Below, piece by piece: positions 1-9,863 of a stretch of DNA of 64,000 bases; the first letter of the stretch is position 1; each line of letters opens with the position of its first letter. The notes beneath the pieces are model-generated. The model worked only from the letters and a program-made list of their open reading frames with translations, ran no database searches and was not told where the DNA came from. The DNA lies in IMG/VR virus record IMGVR_UViG_3300030616_000250, positions 10,435-74,434 of that record. One strand, 5' to 3'. The position numbers were made by a program, and so were the translations under genes. This stretch comes from a virus.

Positions 1-36
1 ATTAAGATGAAAGCGCGGGCAGCAGGGAGGGCATAG

Positions 37-270
37 ATGTATGAATTACAGCAGAATCCCGATGGCAAAGTGCGACTTGATAACGGAGCTTGGGTACAAC
101 CAATTGCTACACTAAAAGATGAATATGGTGGCATATCACACATTATAGAAGACGACCATTGCTATGTACTTATTAACGGCAGCAAGGATCGAATTTTTAA
201 AATGACGCACCATTGGTATGCTGAAGCAATAAAGGCTGTAGAATTTTTACCCGATTTAAAGGAGTCTTGA
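37..270 (+). CDS. hypothetical protein
   Basis: ORF with GGAGG RBS upstream; no recognisable motif. Confidence 0.6.
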   Translation: MYELQQNPDGKVRLDNGAWVQPIATLKDEYGGISHIIEDDHCYVLINGSKDRIFKMTHHWYAEAIKAVEFLPDLKES

Positions 271-304
271 TGAGAGAATTAAAGTATAGACAAAGGAGTT
301 GTCA

Positions 305-451
305 ATGCCGTTAACAAAAAAAGGTGCTAAAATAAAGCGCCAAATGCAAAAAACTTATGGTGGGAAAAAAGGTGAACAGGTGTTCTACGCCACAGAGAAC
401 AAGGGTAAGATACCGGGAATGGTAAAATCAAGACCTGCGGGGAGAGCATGA
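305..451 (+). CDS. small basic phage protein (MPLTKKG...KKGEQVFYA...)
   Basis: 48-aa ORF below the track cut-off; GGAG RBS at ~295; stop overlaps next ATG (ATGA); resembles a small protein common near phage packaging genes. Confidence 0.65.
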   Translation: MPLTKKGAKIKRQMQKTYGGKKGEQVFYATENKGKIPGMVKSRPAGRA

Positions 452-843
452 AAGATATAATGTTATTTTCCGGCAGGTTTGATCGTGTTCATCCGGGACA
501 CATCATAACAATACAACGACTTGGACAGCAATACGATACCGTCATAGTCTGCGTATTGGATTATAAGGGACAGCGATACCCGATAGAACAGCGGATGACC
601 ACCCTGAAAGATGCGTTGATGAATTCAAAGGGTAACTACATTGTCATATCAAATAAGGCTCACTTCGGGGAAATAACCATTGAAGACCTTGACAAATTGC
701 CAATGTTTACCTATTATGGAGCAGGTAACGAAAAGGTATTAAACCACATGAGAGAGCTATCTGAGACAATGGGAGTGCCAAAAGAAAGAATTATATTCGT
801 TGAGAGATATCCTAACTACACAGCGTCAAAGGAAGACCGATGA
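448..843 (+). CDS. cytidylyltransferase-like (HxGH) nucleotidyltransferase
   Basis: FSGRFDRVHPGH motif. Confidence 0.8.
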   Translation: MKDIMLFSGRFDRVHPGHIITIQRLGQQYDTVIVCVLDYKGQRYPIEQRMTTLKDALMNSKGNYIVISNKAHFGEITIEDLDKLPMFTYYGAGNEKVLNHMRELSETMGVPKERIIFVERYPNYTASKEDR

Positions 844-977
844 AATACAGATTAACTGGTAAGGGCTCATACGATACATACAAGCCCAAAAAACCTAAGC
901 AGCCGAAGAAGCCTGAAGCAAGGCGTGTTAAGGTAGTGCTTGCCCCAAAGTACGGAAAGGTGAATGGTGAAAAATAA
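840..977 (+). CDS. small Lys/Pro-rich hypothetical protein
   Basis: 45-aa ORF overlapping both neighbours and filling the gap. Confidence 0.45.
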   Translation: MKYRLTGKGSYDTYKPKKPKQPKKPEARRVKVVLAPKYGKVNGEK

Positions 978-1776
978 GCTCTGCATAACCACAGTGGTTG
1001 ACCAGAACTACCAACACTATATCCCGTTATTCATATACACGTTAAAGAAATCCTATCCCGATTATCACATAAAGCTATTCACCCACGGTAATTTTAATCA
1101 GCAGGTGCAGAACGCATTAAAACTGATAGACTATGATTATACCATAGTACCCGATCTCTTCAATAAATATGCCAAATACAAATACTCTCCTATATCATGG
1201 AGATTTGTAATTCCCCCCGAACATTACAAAGAATACGACTACGTTTATATCACTGACATAGATATGATGATACTGGAAGAAAAGATATCCCTGCTCAATT
1301 TCCACCTGAATGAAATGGGAGAAACCGGCCTGTGTTATTCCAACAGCAAGAGAAACGCTAAGCATTGGGAGGGACACCGCAGCCTGACCGGACTACACTT
1401 TGTATCCCAGAAATGGTTTGAGAAGACAGAGAAGGCGAGAAAGAAATATGACGAGCTATTGAGAACAGGCTCAGTAGGAGAGAAGCGTGAGTTTGACGGT
1501 CACATGCTATATTTAATGGCAAAGGAAAGCGGATTGAAAACACCTGATAAGTCACCTCTAACTGGGAGACATCACGGGATACATCTTGGCAATTTCAGGC
1601 TATTTCATTCCTATAAGAAGCTCAACAAGAGAATGGGGCCACAACGCTGCGGACAATGGAAAAAGATAAGAGAGACAGAAACCTTTGAAAAGATATACCG
1701 TTTTGTATCAAGCGACCCGATTGTACGACAGCAGATTGAACAGCTTGACGCACATTGTAAAAGGAGGTTAGGGTGA
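964..1776 (+). CDS. putative GT-A fold glycosyltransferase
   Basis: YDYVYITDIDMM DxD motif; N-terminal CITTVVDQNY..YIPLF. Confidence 0.65.
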   Translation: MVKNKLCITTVVDQNYQHYIPLFIYTLKKSYPDYHIKLFTHGNFNQQVQNALKLIDYDYTIVPDLFNKYAKYKYSPISWRFVIPPEHYKEYDYVYITDIDMMILEEKISLLNFHLNEMGETGLCYSNSKRNAKHWEGHRSLTGLHFVSQKWFEKTEKARKKYDELLRTGSVGEKREFDGHMLYLMAKESGLKTPDKSPLTGRHHGIHLGNFRLFHSYKKLNKRMGPQRCGQWKKIRETETFEKIYRFVSSDPIVRQQIEQLDAHCKRRLG

Positions 1777-2042
1777 TAGACGAAAAAATGTGTCCAGCAT
1801 ATAATAAAAAGAAATGTAGAATAACCAAAAAATTGTGTAATCAATTTGATTGTGATACATTTGGTAAATGGTGTGAATATCTTAGGAAACACATGGATGA
1901 GGGTTTAAAAAAAGAGGCAAGAATGTGGAAATGTAAATATGATGAGTTGGCAAAAGACCTTGGTGATTTAAAAGATTATGATATTGCCGATTTAAACAGA
2001 TTGGTTAAAATTATAAAGAGAATGGTAGGTACAAGGTTTTGA
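1773..2042 (+). CDS. Cys-rich hypothetical protein
   Basis: AGGAGG RBS; overlaps both neighbours. Confidence 0.6.
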   Translation: MIDEKMCPAYNKKKCRITKKLCNQFDCDTFGKWCEYLRKHMDEGLKKEARMWKCKYDELAKDLGDLKDYDIADLNRLVKIIKRMVGTRF

Positions 2043-2989
2043 AAATACTTTTTATTGCGGATGTCCGAAACTGGGTCTTCGACAACATAGGCAAGATGCT
2101 ACAGAAGTATGGCTCTAACACCTATACCGTGAGATACGGCAGGAAGTCAAAGTATAAGAAGTGTTGGAAGAATCTTGACCAGTTTGACCTTGTATTGTTT
2201 CCAGTCGACACGCGTCCCGACCGTGTAATCAAAGACCACAAGATAATAGTGCCTCCTGAAAAGCTTGTAATGATGATACGCTGTGATGTATTTCAACTAT
2301 GCAAACCTAAGAGACTTGCCTATTATGAAAGCACCAAGCTAATGAACCGTAGAGTAAAAGCGTTCCTATGTTCCAATAAAGCCCTCTATGATGTGTTCAG
2401 GAAGAAGTACAACCGACCCTGCTACTATGCTCCCGGAGGTGTCGATACAGAACTATTTAAGCCTCCCACTGCTAAGGTTTGGAATAATCCTCCCCGTGTC
2501 GGCTGGGCTGGTAGCAGGGACTTTTTCGGCAAGGAACGTAGAGGTATTGACCTCATAGAAGAAGCTGTTAAGCAGTTAGGGTGGATATGGAATCCTGCAT
2601 ACAGAGAGGACAAGTGGCGCACCCCCGAAGAAATGGTTAAGTATTATCAGGAAGAAATAGATATCTACATTGACTGTGACAGGGCACCGGGGAGACAGAA
2701 TGGGCTATTGGAAGCAGGGGCTTGTGGGTTGCCGTTGGTTTGCACTAAGCATGGAATAGGAAATAAGTTAGTATATGCAAGACAGGTAGAAAGAAATGTA
2801 AGTGCTATTAAGCAAGGGTTAAGGTCAACATATCATACTTTTTATATAGAGTATAAAGAAAATCCTGTTTTCAAAAAGTGGAATTATAATATAGCCTTAG
2901 CAGAAGAAATAAAGTCTCGTTGGTCATGGCAGCACCATATTAAACTGTGGGAGGAGATGTTTTTAAAAATTGTTAGGAACGGAGAGTAA
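2039..2989 (+). CDS. GT4-like (GT-B) glycosyltransferase
   Basis: MKILFIAD start, PGGVDTELFKP, RVGWAG, LLEAGACGLPLV. Confidence 0.85.
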   Translation: MKILFIADVRNWVFDNIGKMLQKYGSNTYTVRYGRKSKYKKCWKNLDQFDLVLFPVDTRPDRVIKDHKIIVPPEKLVMMIRCDVFQLCKPKRLAYYESTKLMNRRVKAFLCSNKALYDVFRKKYNRPCYYAPGGVDTELFKPPTAKVWNNPPRVGWAGSRDFFGKERRGIDLIEEAVKQLGWIWNPAYREDKWRTPEEMVKYYQEEIDIYIDCDRAPGRQNGLLEAGACGLPLVCTKHGIGNKLVYARQVERNVSAIKQGLRSTYHTFYIEYKENPVFKKWNYNIALAEEIKSRWSWQHHIKLWEEMFLKIVRNGE

Positions 2990-2990
2990 T

Positions 2991-3392
2991 ATGGATTTAA
3001 AATCAGTGTCAGAAGAGGTGATTTCAACATTTGCAGAAAAATTAAAGGATTGTAGTGATTATGAAATATTAGAATTAATGGGAAGAAACCCAAAACGTGA
3101 TAATTATATGTTACATGGGGGTAATTGGATTCCAACAAACGTATCATTACCACCAATGTTTGAGACTGTATTTGTGCGAGGGGATACAAAAGAATATCCA
3201 TTTCATTTATATTGTGCAAGGCGTTGGACTGGGTGGTCATCCGGTTGGCCTGGCATAAGCGAAGGCAAGGAGCCACCTTGGGATTGGATAGCGTCTCCTT
3301 CTGATTTTCCTATAACAAATGTTACACACTGGTTTCCTATGCCAAGAGGAGAGAGAAAATATGAAAATAAAGTTAGTACATCCTTTGGGTAG
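2991..3392 (+). CDS. DUF551-like phage protein
   Basis: WIPTNVSLPP...VTHWFPMP motif; ATG at 2991 after GGAG. Confidence 0.6.
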   Translation: MDLKSVSEEVISTFAEKLKDCSDYEILELMGRNPKRDNYMLHGGNWIPTNVSLPPMFETVFVRGDTKEYPFHLYCARRWTGWSSGWPGISEGKEPPWDWIASPSDFPITNVTHWFPMPRGERKYENKVSTSFG

Positions 3393-3439
3393 TTAGTTGC
3401 AAAATTTGAAATATTGGATTATAACAGGAGAAATTTTTG

Positions 3440-3892
3440 ATGTGTAACGGAGGTTATTTCGGTATTGGAATCGAACATGGAAAAAATGAGTTAAATTATG
3501 GCACATTGTATAGAACGGCGGGTATCTTGGGAGCTAAATTTTTATTTATAATTGGGAAACGTTTTCAGCAACAATCATCTGACACAATAAAATCTTGGCG
3601 ACACGTCCCAATGTTTTCGTATCCAACCTTTAATGATTTTTATAAAAATTTACCTCACGATTGTATGTTAATTGGCGTTGAGATGATGCCAGAAGCAAGC
3701 TACCTTGAAAGGTTCACACATCCAGAGCGAGCATGTTATTTGTTAGGAGCCGAAGATCATGGGTTAACTAAACTTGCTATATCCAAATGTCATAAGTTTG
3801 TAAGGTTGCAGGGCGAGCACTCTTTGAACGTAAGTGTTGCAGGTTCAATTGTAATCTATGACAGGTTATCAAAAATTTCTCCTGCAAGATAA
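3440..3892 (+). CDS. SpoU/TrmH-family (SPOUT) RNA methyltransferase
   Basis: N.GTLYRTAGILG, LLGAEDHGL, SLNVSVAGSIVIYDR motifs. Confidence 0.9.
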   Translation: MCNGGYFGIGIEHGKNELNYGTLYRTAGILGAKFLFIIGKRFQQQSSDTIKSWRHVPMFSYPTFNDFYKNLPHDCMLIGVEMMPEASYLERFTHPERACYLLGAEDHGLTKLAISKCHKFVRLQGEHSLNVSVAGSIVIYDRLSKISPAR

Positions 3893-3913
3893 TATGGAAA
3901 TTTCAAATTCAAC

Positions 3914-3972
3914 ACACAACAGCCAAATGGTTAAACTAAAAAGCGAGCTTCACCATTAGGCATACGTTGTTA
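3914..3972 (+). repeat. attC-like site
   Basis: ACACAAC-agccaaatggt...accattaggc-atac-GTTGTTA imperfect hairpin. Confidence 0.7.
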
Positions 3973-3988
3973 ATATAGGAGAAAACAA

Positions 3989-4702
3989 ATGGAATTAAAA
4001 CCAATACCAAACCCTGAGTGGCAAAAGAAGTACAACCTGTTAATGCTCGACCCGTATCTCAATCGCAAGTACAACCGTGAGAAACGTATCAAAGACCACA
4101 GAAAATACATGGGTAATTGCACTCCTGAGCTAAAGAACTGCACGGGAAAGAACGTACTTGAAATCGGCCCCGCTATGGGAGAGTGGTTGGAGATATGCAG
4201 GGAGTTCGGTCATAATGTCTTTGGCATTGACGCAGTAGTCACGGACAACGAAATGGGAGATGAATACGCTCAGATGTCCAAGCTTATGACAGAACGGCAG
4301 GAGATTGATGTATTATACACCGGCTTTGACCGATACCTTTTAATGGACTTGGAGTACCGACAGGGTATAATACCAAACGGTTCTATCTTTTATATTAATC
4401 TTCGCGGTTGTATAGAGCAGGTGTTCAAGGATTACATGACAGGCCCCCCACACAAACAGACAAAAGACTGTTCACAGTTAGCATGGAAAGACACACCGGA
4501 AACGTGGGAGATGTTTGAGAGAATGTTCACCGAGTTTGACAGAATGCTTGAGGACGGCGGGTATATCTATATCTGGGCAAACGGGTCAAAGAACAATCCA
4601 ACCTATGACAATTACATACTTGAGACGTTGAAGAAGTTCCCGCAGCTTCAGTTATTCAAAAAGGTTGGCAAGGTACAACATAAGATAAGGAAGATGGCGT
4701 GA
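3989..4702 (+). CDS. class I SAM-dependent methyltransferase
   Basis: VLEIGPAMG, GHNVFGID, RMLEDGGYIYI. Confidence 0.8.
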   Translation: MELKPIPNPEWQKKYNLLMLDPYLNRKYNREKRIKDHRKYMGNCTPELKNCTGKNVLEIGPAMGEWLEICREFGHNVFGIDAVVTDNEMGDEYAQMSKLMTERQEIDVLYTGFDRYLLMDLEYRQGIIPNGSIFYINLRGCIEQVFKDYMTGPPHKQTKDCSQLAWKDTPETWEMFERMFTEFDRMLEDGGYIYIWANGSKNNPTYDNYILETLKKFPQLQLFKKVGKVQHKIRKMA

Positions 4703-5091
4703 GACGAAAATTAAGCTTATGGCAGGAATTAGAAGATGATTGGCAGGAAAAGTTTCAAGAACCAAGAGATGATTTATGGGTAAGTGGAATTGGGTATATC
4801 AAAATATTACAGCGAGAAACAGAAATTTTTCCAAGAATGAAATATGAAGGTGACAAGTCAAACAAAAAAAGAATCACTCGTAAAAAGAATATTATATGGG
4901 AAGTAGGTGATGTTGTAAGTGTTTCAGTGGGGGAAATATTTAAAAAGAAAGAAGAAACAAAAGATAACATTACTGAATTGACCATTGAAAATAACCCACA
5001 AGGTGATGGGTGTATAGGCAAGCTAAAGTTAATAAAAATAGAGCCTCACAAAGATTTTGACAATCTATACTTTGAAGTTGTGGAGTTTTGA
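4699..5091 (+). CDS. hypothetical protein
   Basis: ORF coupled to both neighbours. Confidence 0.55.
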   Translation: MRRKLSLWQELEDDWQEKFQEPRDDLWVSGIGYIKILQRETEIFPRMKYEGDKSNKKRITRKKNIIWEVGDVVSVSVGEIFKKKEETKDNITELTIENNPQGDGCIGKLKLIKIEPHKDFDNLYFEVVEF

Positions 5092-6119
5092 TGAAAGTAC
5101 CAAAGGATAAGTTCAGAATAGTATTTCTCTGTGACAGGAAGATATACACTACAAAAATGAGTCGTGTTAGATTTCATGGCATAGATGCTATCAAGCGTCA
5201 TCCGGGAGTGTGGCTTAAAAAGACCGGGCCGGGATGGAAAGATTTCTGCGGTTGCAAGAACGTAGACAGAGAGTATCAGCCTCACTTGGTAATCTGGTAC
5301 AAGCCTTTGGGAATGCCTCATTACAATAAAATCAAAGCCCCGCGTTGTCTCAGGTACAATGAAATGTGGGATTCCAAGTGGACTAAGCACGAGATAAAAA
5401 CCTCTGACAGTCGATTGGTGATTTGTCATCACTTTAATGACATAGAGCGTTTCAATGGTAAGCTTGACCCCAAGTACAAATTGGTACATAATCCACATTG
5501 CGCCGAGAAGGATATATTCAAAGACTACGGTCATTCTAAAACCATTGACGTTCTTCTGGTGGGAAAGGTGAGTGGTAGCGTATATCCTCTCCGTGCAAAG
5601 TTTAAGAGGACAATACTTAAAAAGCTTCGCTCTAAGGGGTGGAACGCTACCTTTCACCAACACCCAAGCTATAAGAAGCCGGGAGAGGAAGCTATTAAAC
5701 GACAGGTGAAAAGCTATGCAGAATCCATTAACAGGGCGTGGATAGGTGTAACCGATGCCTCAGACTTCCACTACGCTCTTGCAAAACACAGTGAAATACC
5801 TATGTGTAAGACTCTCCTGTGCAGCGATCTACCCCGTGAGAACCAGGAATGGTATCGCAAATGGATGCTCTATATAAGCAAAGACTACAATGCAGATAAA
5901 ATAGTTTCCATAATAGAACCGTACCTGAAAGACAAAAAGAAACTGAAAGCCTTGATAGACAAAGGATACACTGAGAACATGAAGTATCGCACACAGGAAG
6001 ACTACGCAAGAAGGTTCATGCACATAGCACAGGACTTTGTAGGTGGTAAGATGAACGGGTATGACTTTGCGAGGGATAGCAGGTTATATTACAATGGAGG
6101 GGAGAGTGAATATGTATAA
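5091..6119 (+). CDS. GT-B glycosyltransferase (CgeB/YkvP-like)
   Basis: IDVLLVG...YPLR, YAESINRAWI, KHSEIPMCKTLL, GY..N...T...YARRF. Confidence 0.7.
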   Translation: MKVPKDKFRIVFLCDRKIYTTKMSRVRFHGIDAIKRHPGVWLKKTGPGWKDFCGCKNVDREYQPHLVIWYKPLGMPHYNKIKAPRCLRYNEMWDSKWTKHEIKTSDSRLVICHHFNDIERFNGKLDPKYKLVHNPHCAEKDIFKDYGHSKTIDVLLVGKVSGSVYPLRAKFKRTILKKLRSKGWNATFHQHPSYKKPGEEAIKRQVKSYAESINRAWIGVTDASDFHYALAKHSEIPMCKTLLCSDLPRENQEWYRKWMLYISKDYNADKIVSIIEPYLKDKKKLKALIDKGYTENMKYRTQEDYARRFMHIAQDFVGGKMNGYDFARDSRLYYNGGESEYV

Positions 6120-6139
6120 ATACCTAAATAGGAGGTTAT

Positions 6140-6352
6140 ATGATAAAAACTACTTGTGACTTTTGTGGAGAAGAAATAAAAATTAACAATGGTGTTTTGG
6201 TGAAAGTTAAAGAAAATGTAAGCTTTACATTTAGAGGTGGCACTGAACATGTGAAGAGTGATAAACCAGAATTTGGTAATATTATGGTACATAGAGATGT
6301 TTGTGAAAAATGTGTTGAGAAATTTTTAAAAGAGAAATATGCAAATACCTAA
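6140..6352 (+). CDS. small zinc-binding hypothetical protein
   Basis: CDFC...DVCEKC; AGGAGG RBS. Confidence 0.65.
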   Translation: MIKTTCDFCGEEIKINNGVLVKVKENVSFTFRGGTEHVKSDKPEFGNIMVHRDVCEKCVEKFLKEKYANT

Positions 6353-6983
6353 ATACTTCGCACACCGGGGAATAATCTCTCAGGAGAATACTATCTCAGG
6401 CTTTGAAAGGGCTCTGGAATTAGGAGCGCCTGGAATAGAGCTTGACGTACATTTCTACCATGACAGATTAAAGGTAACACATTATAAAAGCCTTCTCGGT
6501 AGAAAGAGTGTGCCATACTTTGAAGAGGTATTAGACGCTATCCTTGAAAAGTGCAAGGAGCTTAAACGAAAGAAACCTATACTCAACATAGACCTGAAGG
6601 GCAGGGGAACCGGGAAGATTGCCGTTAAGCAGATAAAGGGCAAGTGGGATATAGACGAAGTTATCCTCACATCATTCATGGTATTAACCGGAGATTCCAG
6701 AGTACGGTATCAGGAGCTTGTTAATACACGGGACTATTCCAAAGACGTTCCCATCGGTATAATCGGCTATGCAAATGATATTAAAAGATATCTTCACTTT
6801 ATAAGAGAATTAAAAGCCTGTGCTTTGATAACCAAGTACAGCAATACATATACAAAGGAATTCGTAGACACAGTACACAAACATAACCTGTACGCTATTC
6901 CCTGGAATGTAAATGACAAGAATTATGAGGAAGTGGTTAAGACAGGGGTGGACGGAGTGATAAAAGATGTACACGACCAATAA
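6339..6983 (+). CDS. glycerophosphodiester phosphodiesterase (GDPD)
   Basis: AHRG, ENTISGF, IELDVH, WNVND, GVDGVIKD. Confidence 0.9.
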   Translation: MQIPKYFAHRGIISQENTISGFERALELGAPGIELDVHFYHDRLKVTHYKSLLGRKSVPYFEEVLDAILEKCKELKRKKPILNIDLKGRGTGKIAVKQIKGKWDIDEVILTSFMVLTGDSRVRYQELVNTRDYSKDVPIGIIGYANDIKRYLHFIRELKACALITKYSNTYTKEFVDTVHKHNLYAIPWNVNDKNYEEVVKTGVDGVIKDVHDQ

Positions 6984-7623
6984 ACACGTTTTCATCCATT
7001 GCAACAAAACAGGTGGAGTCTTTGTAAAGGACTGGATGATAAAACATCTTGGCGCAAAGGTACACCGCTACAAACACTCCCCTATCCGTATGCTCGATTC
7101 AAAACACCATAACAAAACAAAAATAGGATGTACAAGAAATCCATTTTCTTGGTATGTTTCGTACTACGAGTATTTGGTGCAGAACAATGTATTGACCACT
7201 ATGGACTTCCCGCAATTCCTGTTCACCTATACCGAACACCCCAGAGCGTTATTTGATTTTATGGGCAGGAAGATACGCAGGAAGTACGAGAACCTGTATC
7301 CGCCAAAGACAAAACTAAAGATAGGCAGTTGGACTTTTCATTACATAAATTATTTTAGTTATAACGCAAATAACATTCTCAAACAAAAGGTGATTGCAAC
7401 GGTAGACCCATCAAACCTTGACGTGCTCATGCGCACAGAAACACTCAAAAAAGATATGATAAAACTATTCGGTGAAGAACACCGGGAATCAATAGAGAAC
7501 TTCCCCCGGAAGAACGCTACTAAGCGCAAGCCCTATCGTGAGTATTATAACGATGAGCTTCGTTCAATAGTTGAACAGAGGGATGGAGTTTTAATGGAGT
7601 ATTTAGGTTATGAATACGAATAG
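6967..7623 (+). CDS. sulfotransferase (Sulfotransfer_2-like)
   Basis: FIHCNKTGG (5'-PSB) and RNPFSWYVSYY (3'-PB). Confidence 0.85.
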   Translation: MYTTNKHVFIHCNKTGGVFVKDWMIKHLGAKVHRYKHSPIRMLDSKHHNKTKIGCTRNPFSWYVSYYEYLVQNNVLTTMDFPQFLFTYTEHPRALFDFMGRKIRRKYENLYPPKTKLKIGSWTFHYINYFSYNANNILKQKVIATVDPSNLDVLMRTETLKKDMIKLFGEEHRESIENFPRKNATKRKPYREYYNDELRSIVEQRDGVLMEYLGYEYE

Positions 7624-7870
7624 CCTGCTTCCGAGAGAGTTGAAAACAAACGATGAAACATATCCATTAGATTGGAATGAATTAAATCGTAGGGCAAGCC
7701 CAGAGGATATGTACATAATAAATTTTATGGAGTATAATAGTATGAGTTTTAAAGTATGCGAGTGTGGCAACAACATATTTCTTGTAAGCATTAGTAACAA
7801 TACTCTTGTTTATAAGTGTACTCACTGTGGGAGAATGGAAGTAGTTACGCTTGATGGGAACGTCGATTAA
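7610..7870 (+). CDS. zinc-ribbon hypothetical protein
   Basis: CECG...CTHCG. Confidence 0.55.
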   Translation: MNTNSLLPRELKTNDETYPLDWNELNRRASPEDMYIINFMEYNSMSFKVCECGNNIFLVSISNNTLVYKCTHCGRMEVVTLDGNVD

Positions 7871-8402
7871 AAAATATCTGGTCTGGTGTAACATTGAAAG
7901 AAGTGTTATGAAAGCATTTCTCCAGATGTTTCAAACCGATTATAAGAACGTCCGGGTACAGACCAACAATCCAAGCCGTGTCAAGGTAGACGAGCTATTT
8001 GACCACGAGGAGTGGGCTGATATGCTCAGAATACACTATGAGCTTATCGACAGGTATGAGAGAGACGGCAGGGAAGCCAACTATATGGATTTGGAATTCT
8101 GGAAGATAGAACACGCCAACGCACCAAAGGGAATAAAGAACAGCTTCACCCAGAGACGTGTAGATGAATTCCTGTCCCTGTATAAGAGCATAAAGAAAAA
8201 GGGATACTACAAAGAGGATAAAAAGCTTATCAAGGCAATCTGGATAGAGGGTTTTGAAATCAAGGAAGAACCGAAGTGGAGAAGCCGGATAACAGAGAAA
8301 TACTACAGATTGAACGGTAAGCGCAGGATAATATGCTGTAAATATCTGGGAATCGAGGAGATTCCTATTAGCTTGATAAAGGTAAAGGTGGTGAAATTAT
8401 GA
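7854..8402 (+). CDS. hypothetical protein with ParB/Srx-like C-terminal domain
   Basis: LYKSIKKKGY...LNGKRRIICCKYLGIEEIPI. Confidence 0.55.
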   Translation: MGTSIKKYLVWCNIERSVMKAFLQMFQTDYKNVRVQTNNPSRVKVDELFDHEEWADMLRIHYELIDRYERDGREANYMDLEFWKIEHANAPKGIKNSFTQRRVDEFLSLYKSIKKKGYYKEDKKLIKAIWIEGFEIKEEPKWRSRITEKYYRLNGKRRIICCKYLGIEEIPISLIKVKVVKL

Positions 8403-8998
8403 CTTGCCCGCTCGAACAAAAACCAAGATACCAAAAAGACACAAACGTAAAACAGCACAAAATAACCAAAGAGTACAAGTCTATTGACAAGATACTGAGC
8501 CTTATACCGAATGGTCACGTTTTAGATATAGCTGGGGCTGAAGGATTTATAGCCTATTTAGCAGCTTTGTGTGGTCATTCTGCGGTTAATGTTGAAATAG
8601 ACAAAGGTAGGGTTTTGAGAGGGTTAAAATATTTTGGTACTCATGCAAACCTTACAATATTAGAAAAAGATATTTTTGACGAACTTGACATGCTCGATTA
8701 TTTTAATATCTTCATAGTAGCCCGCTTCTTCCACAATATAGGCATGAAAAAGTCTATTGAATTAATGGATGCCATAGACAAGAAAGAAGATTACATCCTT
8801 ATCGTAAAATACAAGCCCGGATTAAAGAAAGAAACAGGAGCACCGAGGGAACCGCTTGCCACTAAAAGAGGCATAAAAAGCCTTTTGGAACAGTACAATC
8901 TAAAGAAAAAATCATTTCCGCAGGAGGTCATAGTAGCTGCCAAAGGGAAATATGAGGGAATACCTGATATGTTACGTAAACATTTGCCGGAGGGATAG
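8399..8998 (+). CDS. class I SAM-dependent methyltransferase
   Basis: VLDIAGAEG, VEID, ARFFHNI. Confidence 0.75.
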   Translation: MTCPLEQKPRYQKDTNVKQHKITKEYKSIDKILSLIPNGHVLDIAGAEGFIAYLAALCGHSAVNVEIDKGRVLRGLKYFGTHANLTILEKDIFDELDMLDYFNIFIVARFFHNIGMKKSIELMDAIDKKEDYILIVKYKPGLKKETGAPREPLATKRGIKSLLEQYNLKKKSFPQEVIVAAKGKYEGIPDMLRKHLPEG

Positions 8999-9175
8999 AT
9001 GGAAAAATTAGATTATGAATCTATTGATGGGTATGATTTTAATACATTTAAGGAATTAGCTGCAAAAATCAACGAAATTATAGATGAGCTTACAAGGGTT
9101 AAGGCATTAAATGGAATAGATGTTGATGAATATGTAAAGGATGATGATGATATCAGTCATAATGACAGCCTATAA
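8999..9175 (+). CDS. small acidic hypothetical protein
   Basis: 58-aa ORF with GGAGG RBS, fills the gap. Confidence 0.5.
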   Translation: MEKLDYESIDGYDFNTFKELAAKINEIIDELTRVKALNGIDVDEYVKDDDDISHNDSL

Positions 9176-9863
9176 CTCTCAGCGTTACATCCGTAATGCC
9201 ATAGAAAGCATTGTAAACCAGACGTACACGGATTGGGAGCTTATCATAGTGGATGACGCAAGTACGGATAAGACGGTAGAAATAGCAAGTAGTCTTTTTA
9301 AATATGAAGATGATATTGAGATAATTAAAAATAAAGTTAATATTGGACACACCAAAAGTCTTAACAAAGCCTTGTTTGCATGTGACGGCGACTACATAGC
9401 CTGGATGGATTCGGATGACATATCACACCCAAAAAGATTTGAAAAGCAGGTAAACTTCCTTAAAAAGCGTCCTTCATACGGATTTGTTACCACTCATGGC
9501 ATTGCAATAAATGAAGACGGAAATCGCATAAAGAATTTCTACACCGATCAGGCACAACGGAACAAGAAAACCACCATAACCGATAAGTTCAAAGACGATT
9601 GCTGGCTATTACTCCCTTCTATGATGTTCCGTAGAAGTGTAATTGATAAGATAGGCGGGTTTGACGAAAAATGCTATTACGCTCAGGACTTCAACTTCGT
9701 TTATAGAATGCTCATGGCAAAGTACAATTTTGACATAATACCCGAAGAACTGTTTAAGTTCAGGAGACACAAGGATAGCGTCAGATCGCTTGGCGCTTTC
9801 AATGATAGAAATTGGCACAGATACGCAATCAAACGGGCAAAGGAGAATCCAATAATAAAATGA
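9141..9863 (+). CDS. GT2 family glycosyltransferase
   Basis: ISVIMTAYN, IIVDDASTD, YIAWMDSDD, QDFNF. Confidence 0.95.
   Translation: MMMISVIMTAYNSQRYIRNAIESIVNQTYTDWELIIVDDASTDKTVEIASSLFKYEDDIEIIKNKVNIGHTKSLNKALFACDGDYIAWMDSDDISHPKRFEKQVNFLKKRPSYGFVTTHGIAINEDGNRIKNFYTDQAQRNKKTTITDKFKDDCWLLLPSMMFRRSVIDKIGGFDEKCYYAQDFNFVYRMLMAKYNFDIIPEELFKFRRHKDSVRSLGAFNDRNWHRYAIKRAKENPIIK

Larger units (their letters stand above)
3392..3972 (+). mobile_element. solo integron-like gene cassette carrying a SpoU methyltransferase
   Basis: Starts GTTAGTT (3392), ends in an attC-like hairpin; 17-bp perfect inverted repeat 3425-3441/3868-3884. Confidence 0.7.
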
